Below are positions 24,524 to 32,000 of a stretch of 32,000 nt of DNA, piece by piece. The notes under the pieces were generated by a model. It was given only the letters and a program-made list of their open reading frames with translations, was not told the origin of the DNA and ran no database searches. The translations under genes were made by a program, and so were the position numbers. Numbering within the stretch: the first letter of the stretch is position 1; the number at the start of each line of letters is the position of its first letter. Source of the DNA: Candidatus Jordarchaeales archaeon (GTDB taxonomy: Archaea > Asgardarchaeota > Jordiarchaeia > Jordiarchaeales > Freyrarchaeaceae); NCBI GenBank assembly GCA_038889235.1, contig JAWAHN010000001.1:995636-1027635 (forward strand), read 5' to 3'.

Positions 24524-25827
24524 TCCCCTTTCTCTCCCCTATTCTTTCTAAAAATTTTTTCACATACTTTTTTGACATCTTCTACATATCTTTTTTCCGC
24601 GAAAACATAAACCTGCATCAGACTATTATACCTCGCTTTCAAGGTTTGAACTAAATTAGGGTCGTATTCCTCAAGTCCCCGCCCTCCTGCCCTCACCTCG
24701 CTCACTTCGGTGTAGTAATCTCGTGGTAGGTATATGAAAACATCTATTTCTGATATGTCAACATCGTGCTGAAGCTTCCTTACTTCCATAATTATTTCGT
24801 TTCGCAGCTCATGATAGTCGACCATCCCGAGGGCGGCTCTAGAAACTTTTTCTGGAAATTCGCTTATGTGTGCGGCATATGCTTTTTTGGGAATTCTACG
24901 GTATCTCAATCTGTATGCTAGCTTTCTAGCCTCCTCCACACTGCTATTTGCAAGCATATTTATGAACTGGTTGTCGTCGAGAAAAAATAGGTGATAGAAG
25001 TCATAATCTCCAAGCCCCTTTAGCAAGAGCTCTAATGCTAGACAACTGGCCGCCAGAGTGGTATGATGCAAGTAAACCTTTTTCATCATCCAGAAACGGC
25101 TTTCCAGAACGCTTATCGCTGCCCCTATAGCGTCAGTCCTGTTTTTTAATGCAAGCCTTCCATCCCCGTCTATTTCAAAAGAGGAGAAAATCCGGTCGTC
25201 ATAACTTTGAGGAACCCCTGTGTAGTAAGCATCTCTTTTCAAGTAGTCGAGTCGGTCAGCATCCAGCGGACCATTCACTAATTGGCTCAAGTATCTTGGC
25301 TTTCCCTCTCCCATTATTATTTCTACAATGCGGCTTCTGTCTCTCTTACCATACCCTTCTTCCTCCAAAACCTCTCTTAATGGTATTGCCGCATCCATTA
25401 TCTCTGGGTTCTCCTTCTGAAATTTCTTATAGCAAACTCCCTCAACTATTTCGCTAACAAATTTCTCATGCGGTGGTATTATGTTTGGATAAAACCTGCG
25501 AAAGAAGTCGGACACTACGTGGCTGAAAACAGGTGTTGCCACATCGTGAAGTAGCGCGGCAAGCCTTACAAATCTAACTTCTTCGTCGTCTAGTGGTATT
25601 TTTGACATCGAAATTATCTTATCGACGCACGCTCGTACGCCGAGGCTGTGCTGAAACCTTGAATGTTCTGCCCCTGGGTAAACTAAGAATGCGAAGTCAA
25701 GCTGCTTAATTCCTCTTAATCTTTGCAATTCGAACGTATCTAGGATCTTCTTGTCAGTGGAAGTTAGGAAAATATCACCCCAAACAGAGTCCCTTACTTT
25801 CCATTCTTCTGTGCGCAAAAACTTCAC
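24520..25827 (-). CDS. HD-domain phosphohydrolase, paralogue 2
   Basis: YPGAEHSRFQHSLGV, AALLHDVATPVFSHV, and DADRLDYLKRDAYYTG; overlaps paralogue 1 by 4 nt. Confidence 0.85.
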   Translation of the reverse strand: MKFLRTEEWKVRDSVWGDIFLTSTDKKILDTFELQRLRGIKQLDFAFLVYPGAEHSRFQHSLGVRACVDKIISMSKIPLDDEEVRFVRLAALLHDVATPVFSHVVSDFFRRFYPNIIPPHEKFVSEIVEGVCYKKFQKENPEIMDAAIPLREVLEEEGYGKRDRSRIVEIIMGEGKPRYLSQLVNGPLDADRLDYLKRDAYYTGVPQSYDDRIFSSFEIDGDGRLALKNRTDAIGAAISVLESRFWMMKKVYLHHTTLAASCLALELLLKGLGDYDFYHLFFLDDNQFINMLANSSVEEARKLAYRLRYRRIPKKAYAAHISEFPEKVSRAALGMVDYHELRNEIIMEVRKLQHDVDISEIDVFIYLPRDYYTEVSEVRAGGRGLEEYDPNLVQTLKARYNSLMQVYVFAEKRYVEDVKKVCEKIFRKNRGEKGE

Positions 25828-27021
25828 CTAAGATGGCGTCTTTTTATAAAGCAGAAGTGAATTACTTGCGCCCTCAATTGCAATACCATTTAGCGCTTTC
25901 CTGTAAGCTTCAATGTATTCTTTCATCTTAGATAGATAATCGTGGACTTTATTGCAGCTCATAAGCGTGTATGTGTAACCCCCAAACGAGTAAGCTCTTG
26001 CCGTTGGAATGTATACGCTCTCCCCCTCCTCTCTTTCCTCCTTCAAAAGTTCTCTTTCACACAAAATTTCCAAATGTTTACTGCACATGTCTATTATCGC
26101 CTCTTTCATCACCTCATACCTTTTTCTTTCACTCTCGTCAATATGCTCGTTTTCGACCATTTTTTCATAATAACTCAATCTGGAAAACGCGATGTTCGCT
26201 ATATCCTTAAGCGTAGGTTGCCCCCCCGTTATCATTATGAAAAAGTTTGCAGCTTCAAGGTATGGAAGCGCTAAACGCTGCCCATCTTTCATGTCATCTC
26301 CATCTAAACCTCTTTTAGCAAATGAAGGGAGGACTAAATCGTCCACATCCACTCTGATCCTCTCTTTTTCGTAGATCCCAATATTCCTTTTTCTTTTCGC
26401 AACTGGTTGATATTTATAAAAATTATAAGCAAATGAATTATATATGACCTTGTCCTCCATTAAAAATGATTCTAAGGGTATTCTCCTCTCGCCCCACTTC
26501 ACATTGAAAAGTACATGGTATGCCGTGTTAACTAAATTTTCATCAATTTTATGGGCCAAATCCGTTAATTCCTGCACAAAATCAACTAGTGAGTGGACTC
26601 TTACACCCATAACCTTCCTAAAATAATCATAGCCGCGCCAAGTCAGTAAAACATGTTCTCTCGAGTTTATATGTTGAACATATAGAAGCTTTCTCGCAGA
26701 AAGCAGACTGACAGCCCTAGGGAAATTTGCGTCTTCAGGACCAAAATAATCTATCACTATATGGTCTCGCTTTCTAAGCACAAGTGCGTCAAGTATGCAA
26801 AGCGCTTTCGCTAAGAGAGTTTTTCCCTCAAAAACTCCATCATGCCTATGCATCAGTAGGAAAATAATTTTATCGTGCAATTTTTCTAATATAATCTTCC
26901 CTGAAAGCTCTTTTCTAACTTCTTTCGCCATCCGTTGAATGAGGTTTAAGGACGCTTCAATGTTAATCATATCCTTTCTCCGAGTGAGGAAAAATCTCTT
27001 TGTATTTATAATTTTTTCCAA
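25828..27021 (-). CDS. Hypothetical protein coupled to the HD-domain pair
   Basis: 397-aa ORF abutting the upstream side of the HD genes on the same strand; no family recognised. Confidence 0.6.
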   Translation of the reverse strand: MEKIINTKRFFLTRRKDMINIEASLNLIQRMAKEVRKELSGKIILEKLHDKIIFLLMHRHDGVFEGKTLLAKALCILDALVLRKRDHIVIDYFGPEDANFPRAVSLLSARKLLYVQHINSREHVLLTWRGYDYFRKVMGVRVHSLVDFVQELTDLAHKIDENLVNTAYHVLFNVKWGERRIPLESFLMEDKVIYNSFAYNFYKYQPVAKRKRNIGIYEKERIRVDVDDLVLPSFAKRGLDGDDMKDGQRLALPYLEAANFFIMITGGQPTLKDIANIAFSRLSYYEKMVENEHIDESERKRYEVMKEAIIDMCSKHLEILCERELLKEEREEGESVYIPTARAYSFGGYTYTLMSCNKVHDYLSKMKEYIEAYRKALNGIAIEGASNSLLLYKKTPS

Positions 27022-27119
27022 AAATTGTATATTCTAGGACTTCCTCCAAAAAATTTGGGATTACACGCCTAAGTACATAGTTAGCGTCAAATATTCTCTC
27101 CGAAGGGAGTGGCGTTCAA

Positions 27120-28247
27120 GTGAGCAAGAGGCTACTTGGTTTCCTTATCAACCCGATTGCTGGAATCGGAGGCCGCTACGGCTTTAAGGGATCGGATGAC
27201 CCCAAGTTGGTAGCTCTAGCTTTAAAGAAGGGGGCAAGGCTTGTTTCCCCTGAACGGGCAGAGAGAACACTAAAAGTCCTTTATCCTGTAAGGCAGAGTC
27301 TGCGTTTGTTATGTCCTCCAGGAATCATGGGTGCCGCCATTGCAAAGAAATACTCCTTTAACGTAGATGAACTACCTCTCGATATTCGCGAGCAAACAAC
27401 TCCTCAAGACACCATAAATGCGGCGAAAATTATGCTTGAAGAAAATGTTTCCCTTATCCTTTACGCTGGCGGTGATGGTACAACAGTAGATTTACTGAGC
27501 GCCGTAGGACAAAATGTACCCATTTTAGGTATACCTGCAGGAGTTAAAATATGGTCTGCAACGTTTGCAGAGAATCCGGAAACAGCTGGCCAAATAGCCA
27601 TACGCTTCCTTTGGGAAGAGTTGCCGTTAAGAGAAGCGGAAGTCTTGGACGTTGACGAGGAGGCTTTCAGAAGAGGCGAGCTAATGGTTAAACTTAAGGG
27701 TTATGCACTAACTCCATACGAGCCCTTCTTACTTCAAGGGGCAAAAATGATGACGCCTCCCTCTTGCTATGAAAGGGACGCCCAATTAGCTATAGCTAAC
27801 TACATTAAAGAGCTAATGGAGCCTGGTGTTCTTTACATTTTGGGACCAGGATCAACTTGCAAAGTCATAGCAGACGTCCTGGGCATCGAAAAAACGCCTC
27901 TAGGAGTGGACCTAGTTAAAGATGGCAAACTTGTCGTTAAGGATGCTAGCGAAGAAGAAATTCTCAAAACCCTTGCGCGTGAGAAAGAAGCAAGAATAAT
28001 AGTTTCTCCCATTGGAAGACAGGGATTCATATTTGGAAGGGGCAACGCGCAGATAAGTAGTGAAGTTATAAGGAAAGTTGGTCTAAACAACGTCATCATT
28101 GTGGCGACTCCGTATAAACTTTCGTCGCTTCCGTTCCTTCGGGTAGACACTGGTGACCCGGAACTAGATGCCAAGTTCAGGAACAATTACGTAAAAATAA
28201 TTATTGGGTATCACGAAGAAACCGTGAAAAAGGTAGGTGGTTTGTGA
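27120..28247 (+). CDS. ATP-NAD kinase family protein
   Basis: FLINPIAGIGGRYGFKGSD, LILYAGGDGTTVDLLSAVG, and VYSATFAEN-type region VWSATFAEN...GPGSTCKVIADVLGIEKTPLGVDLV. Confidence 0.8.
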   Translation: MSKRLLGFLINPIAGIGGRYGFKGSDDPKLVALALKKGARLVSPERAERTLKVLYPVRQSLRLLCPPGIMGAAIAKKYSFNVDELPLDIREQTTPQDTINAAKIMLEENVSLILYAGGDGTTVDLLSAVGQNVPILGIPAGVKIWSATFAENPETAGQIAIRFLWEELPLREAEVLDVDEEAFRRGELMVKLKGYALTPYEPFLLQGAKMMTPPSCYERDAQLAIANYIKELMEPGVLYILGPGSTCKVIADVLGIEKTPLGVDLVKDGKLVVKDASEEEILKTLAREKEARIIVSPIGRQGFIFGRGNAQISSEVIRKVGLNNVIIVATPYKLSSLPFLRVDTGDPELDAKFRNNYVKIIIGYHEETVKKVGGL

Positions 28248-28385
28248 AATTATTCCCACAGTCTTTAGCTTACCTGCTTTATGAATAACCTTTTTAAGCA
28301 CCTGCAACTTACTGTTTCCCGTAACGCCAGGATTGTGAGTTTAATTTTTCAACAAAAATTAATTGGCTAATTAAAGGTGTTAAGA

Positions 28386-28544
28386 ATGCCTAGGTCGAAG
28401 CTCGTTAGTTGTCCTAAATGTGGCTTCTCCTTCGACGTAAGCTACTCTCGCGTCTTTGCATGTAGTGGTTGTTCTTCCTCCGCCCTAGGGGACTGTGGTT
28501 TCATTAGATGTCCAAGATGCAAGCATGAGTTTCCAAGCAGGTAA
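28386..28544 (+). CDS. Zinc-ribbon microprotein, 52 aa; absent from the ORF track
   Basis: ATG start; MPRSKLVSCPKCGFSFDVSYSRVFACSGCSSSALGDCGFIRCPRCKHEFPSR with four CxxC-type knuckles. Confidence 0.75.
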   Translation: MPRSKLVSCPKCGFSFDVSYSRVFACSGCSSSALGDCGFIRCPRCKHEFPSR

Positions 28545-28550
28545 ATTTTC

Positions 28551-29759
28551 CTACTCGACATGTACTCTTAAGAGATCTACGTCGCCGGGTTCTCCCGGAA
28601 TCCGCCTCTTGAGTATTTCAAGGAACTCTCTAACCGACCTTTTGATATCTTTAGACTGCGTGATGTACCTTCCAACTATGAGTATGTGCGCTCCAGCATC
28701 TAATGCTTCGTCGGCATTTTCTGGAACAATGCCTCCTGCCACGGCAAAAAGCATTTTTTGCCCCTCAAAGGTCTTCTTAATCTCTTTTATCAGCTCCCAC
28801 CTAGATCTCCTTCCGGACGACTCTGTATCGATTGCTCTGTGAATTATTACAACATCAGGGAGTTCTTTCAGCGACTTCAATTTCTCAATAGGGTCTGGGA
28901 CATCCATCATATCTAGGAAAGCATAAATTCCAAGTCGTCTCGCTTCATAGATGAACTTATCAATGGATTCCTTAGATGCGAGCCCAGAAGCAACTACTCC
29001 ATCAGCAGTCTCCTCATATGCTAGGTCGACTTCTACCTGTGCAGTGTCTAAAGTTTTCAGGTCAGCTACTATAAACATGTCTGGAACTACTTCTCTAAGT
29101 TTGCCGATAACGCTTACACCATGCCTCTTTATCAGCGGAGTGCCTGCCTCGAGTATTATCATATCACTCTTCGGTATTTCACTTACTACACGAATAGCCT
29201 GCTCCAATGACGGATTATCGAGTGCTATCTGCAAGTATGGAGGCCGCCATAGTCGAGGAACCTTAAAGCCCATTATTGGGTGCACCGCCCTATCTTTATC
29301 ATACATTATCTTCTCTAGCGGCGGATATCCTTGCAAGGCTCGTCTTAAAGCAAGCTTTGTAGCACTATAATTGTAGTGGTATATCTTCCTGTAATCCTTT
29401 GCTTCCGGGTGAACGAAAACGCTTGCTATTATCACCCATTCATCTGCCTTATCCGCTGGAATAATCCCTTCCTCTACAGCGTCCGCTATAGCTTTAGCCA
29501 CAGCAGACTGCGCTGGACCGAATATCTTGTTCGCCTGTTCCATGTTTTTAATAGTGACTTTCGGGATGATCAATACGTGCGGTTTTGGTGGTAGATTAGG
29601 TCTAATCACCCCTAGAAGCGGCGTGTGTCCCTGGGACATATGGGTTAAACCTTGGGCAAACGCTACTCCAACTGGGCCAAACTTGTCCCCTATGATTAGA
29701 TCAATGTGCGCTACCTCCGCACCTTTGCCAACCAACGCCTCACCTATGTAAAACTCCAT
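28551..29759 (-). CDS. fae-hps: Bifunctional formaldehyde-activating enzyme / 3-hexulose-6-phosphate synthase
   Basis: N-terminal Fae: [47 protein letters not shown] and [35 protein letters not shown]-terminal Hps: [43 protein letters not shown], and [27 protein letters not shown]. Confidence 0.93.
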   Translation of the reverse strand: MEFYIGEALVGKGAEVAHIDLIIGDKFGPVGVAFAQGLTHMSQGHTPLLGVIRPNLPPKPHVLIIPKVTIKNMEQANKIFGPAQSAVAKAIADAVEEGIIPADKADEWVIIASVFVHPEAKDYRKIYHYNYSATKLALRRALQGYPPLEKIMYDKDRAVHPIMGFKVPRLWRPPYLQIALDNPSLEQAIRVVSEIPKSDMIILEAGTPLIKRHGVSVIGKLREVVPDMFIVADLKTLDTAQVEVDLAYEETADGVVASGLASKESIDKFIYEARRLGIYAFLDMMDVPDPIEKLKSLKELPDVVIIHRAIDTESSGRRSRWELIKEIKKTFEGQKMLFAVAGGIVPENADEALDAGAHILIVGRYITQSKDIKRSVREFLEILKRRIPGEPGDVDLLRVHVE

Positions 29760-29790
29760 TAAAACCCCTCCCGGGGATGTTCTCTTAATA

Positions 29791-30738
29791 TCAATCTACT
29801 GATTTAAACCTTCTGAGCATGAACTTTTCTCCCTTTAGTTGTCGCATCTTTTTACTTACTAATATTCTTGCAACTTTTCCACTCCACTTTTCATGAGCTA
29901 TGTCAACACTTTCTTCAGTTAAAATGAGATCAATATACTCGATCTGTTGCCTTACAGCTTGTTCAAGAACATCGTCTGCTATGTTATTAACTCCCTTAAT
30001 TATACCATAAACTAGCAACTGTTCTAGGGGTGAACGCCAATAGTGGTAAGAATAAGAAACTTTAACTTTCCACCTATTTAGCACTTTTCTTAGAAACCTA
30101 GTATTAATGCTGTGCGTTATCACAACAGGTTCACGGTAATTCGTAAGTAAAGTTAACAGTTTCTCATAGCTTTCCCACACCTTGTTTCCCTCACTAAGAT
30201 AAGCGTTAAGTAGTTGCTTCCACTCGTTTAAAAAGAGCTTACCGGTAGCTTTGCACTTAAATTCGAGAAGCAGCTGTTTTTCTGAAAGAGCAGCGCTTTC
30301 TATATGCTTTGTTACATCGTGATAACAGTACACGTCAAACTTCATTAACTTATATTTTACCTTTAACGCGTTTAAAATTGGTGAAAAAACCTTCCCTAGG
30401 TAACGAGTCGCAGGTTCACTTGCACCCGTAAGTTCCATATATTCTTTCCACAGCTCTCCCTCCTCAACTAATTCTAATAAGACGCACCGTGTGGTTTCAC
30501 TCAACTCCTCTGGTAATGGAATGAAAAGAGCGTCGAACTCTTTACTCAAAATGTACTCTCCCGCACGCCTGCCCGCCTCCACGAATCTCGGGACATGGAG
30601 AAGTATCACACTTCCCATCGTGTCATCTGTTTTAAATGTACTTTTCATATGCTCTCTCCTCTCACTTACCATATGTGCTCTTTTCCGCGCTTGCAAGTGT
30701 CTTTTATCTCTGGAAGGCGTGTCTCTTGGCCGCAACAT
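29791..30738 (-). CDS. Hypothetical protein; N-terminus probably over-extended
   Basis: Long ORF; the start may be the internal MKSTFK or MGSVIL. Confidence 0.5.
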   Translation of the reverse strand: MLRPRDTPSRDKRHLQARKRAHMVSERREHMKSTFKTDDTMGSVILLHVPRFVEAGRRAGEYILSKEFDALFIPLPEELSETTRCVLLELVEEGELWKEYMELTGASEPATRYLGKVFSPILNALKVKYKLMKFDVYCYHDVTKHIESAALSEKQLLLEFKCKATGKLFLNEWKQLLNAYLSEGNKVWESYEKLLTLLTNYREPVVITHSINTRFLRKVLNRWKVKVSYSYHYWRSPLEQLLVYGIIKGVNNIADDVLEQAVRQQIEYIDLILTEESVDIAHEKWSGKVARILVSKKMRQLKGEKFMLRRFKSVD

Positions 30739-30788
30739 TTACCAAAGGAAAAAGAGGGAAAAAGGAAATAAAAGCGTCATGGCTACAT

Positions 30789-31406
30789 GTGTATGAATAC
30801 ATATTAACTTATGGTGGTGTTCCTGTTTTGGCTCCCGATGTAAAGAAGGTTCACAGGTTTGGCGTCGAAGACGATTTAGACGCATCCTTTCTTCATGAGA
30901 AATTTGACGAACTAGAAGAGATAACAGTTTTAGAGTTAGAAAAACTGGCTGATGTTTTACATCTCCTTTTGGATTTAGAACCTTACACATGTCCAGTAAG
31001 AGGTGTAGATACTCCTTGCATTCTATGCGAAGAGAAATGCAGCGCTGCCAATTACCAAGAGATCGAAACTAAACTCGGAAAGGGGCGGAAAACGATCAAC
31101 AGCTCCACGTTCTTTCTCGCCTTTGAGAAACATGACGAGGTTGAAAAGTTTCTAATTAGAAAGTTAGCACGGGAGTTATCCAAGAAAAAACTTAATGTAA
31201 TTGACCCAGAAGAAGGGTATGATATCGGCTTTCTCTTTACACATGAAGATAGGTGGAGAATGGAAGAAATTGTATCCTTTGTGGTGAAACTGTTTGAAAA
31301 AGTGAGAGTTTTGCTGCCTGAAGCAAAGTCCCTCCTCAACTCCTGGGTGAGAAAGAAAGTAGAAGAGATGGAGCGCGAAGAAATGTTAAAGAAAGGGAAG
31401 CACTGA
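30789..31406 (+). CDS. Hypothetical Cys-containing acidic protein; ORF track extends to 30636 but that part overlaps the opposite-strand ORF
   Basis: Coding-like region VYEYILTYGGVPVLAPDVKKVHRFG...CPVRGVDTPCILCEEKCSA.... The GTG start is a guess. Confidence 0.55.
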   Translation: MYEYILTYGGVPVLAPDVKKVHRFGVEDDLDASFLHEKFDELEEITVLELEKLADVLHLLLDLEPYTCPVRGVDTPCILCEEKCSAANYQEIETKLGKGRKTINSSTFFLAFEKHDEVEKFLIRKLARELSKKKLNVIDPEEGYDIGFLFTHEDRWRMEEIVSFVVKLFEKVRVLLPEAKSLLNSWVRKKVEEMEREEMLKKGKH

Positions 31407-31452
31407 CCCAGAATTTTTATTTTCCAAAATCTTTCATTCGCCCGTCTTTATC

Positions 31453-32000
31453 TCACTCTTCTAATTCATATTCCTCGAAGGGGATGCCTGCTCTCTCTTT
31501 TAGTGCCTTTATTCTTTCAATTACTGTACGTATCTCCCCGCGTATTTTCGAGCGCTGGACAGCATATTCTGCTTTCTCTATAGCTCCTGCTTGATACCTC
31601 ATTGTAATATATTCTAATTGTTCCCTAAGCGATTTGAGTCTGCTCTTGAGCTCCTCTATTTCCTCGAGTAAAGTTGGAGATGCTGCCTGCTCTTTTATTA
31701 CCTCGACTGGTAGCTTTGTAACAATTTGTGCTCCTCCTTTCTGAGATAACATTCTCGCAGCAAATACCCTAAACTCGTTTACGAATGCGTCGAAGCGTTT
31801 TCTCAAATTAACAACTTCCACTAGAATTTTATCCAGTTGAGGGACATACATTGTTACATCAGGTACTCCTGACACTGCTGCTCTCTCCGAAGGAAGAATT
31901 ACAGGTGCTTCATGTTGTGAAGTGTCCTCTTCCTCCAACGCGGGGACTGGAAGCGAAATGCTTTGAGCTTCTTTTCTCTTCTCTTTGAGCCAATTAAAGA
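31453..32000 (-). CDS. Coiled-coil protein, open at the right window edge
   Basis: Frame continues upstream of the ORF-track start as NWLKEKRKEAQSISLPVPALEEEDTSQHEA.... Coiled coil: LLEEIEELKSRLKSLREQLEYITMRYQAGAIEKAEYAVQRSKIRGEIRTVIERIKALKERAG. Confidence 0.6.
   Translation of the reverse strand, partial: FNWLKEKRKEAQSISLPVPALEEEDTSQHEAPVILPSERAAVSGVPDVTMYVPQLDKILVEVVNLRKRFDAFVNEFRVFAARMLSQKGGAQIVTKLPVEVIKEQAASPTLLEEIEELKSRLKSLREQLEYITMRYQAGAIEKAEYAVQRSKIRGEIRTVIERIKALKERAGIPFEEYELEE

Noticed and set aside
30636-30788. N-terminal extension of the 30636..31406 ORF
   Set aside because: It overlaps the 5' end of the opposite-strand ORF and reads as compositionally odd. A start near 30789 is more likely but unproven.
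1-32000. CRISPR arrays, transposons, defence or toxin-antitoxin islands
   Set aside because: No regularly spaced repeats, transposase, integrase or known defence domains were seen.

Overview
This is an archaeal chromosome segment, about 32 kb and gene-dense. It probably comes from an Asgard-type lineage: it encodes a near-eukaryotic actin, a Rab/Ras-like small GTPase, a roadblock/LC7 protein and ribosomal protein S30e beside archaeal F420 synthesis (cofC/cofD/cofE), rpoA1, a Fae-Hps fusion, hisG and prs. The most striking signal is short bulge-helix-bulge (BHB) type introns in two kinds of gene. (1) A small GTPase gene (about 452..1044) is not a pseudogene. Removing a 44-nt element inside the P-loop codons and a 30-nt element inside the switch-I codons restores one 172-aa GTPase. 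(2) The unannotated stretch 22467..22676 folds into a complete tRNA-Ser(CGA) with encoded CCA only if five short introns are removed (D-loop, 30/31, 37/38, variable arm, T-loop), leaving exactly 88 nt. At least three of the five introns show a clear 4-bp helix between two 3-nt bulges. I also report genes absent from the ORF track: S30e at 4498..4665, a zinc-ribbon microprotein at 28386..28544, and a 59-aa membrane microprotein divergent from actin. All folds and splice points were derived by hand from the sequence. No RNA data or database search was available.
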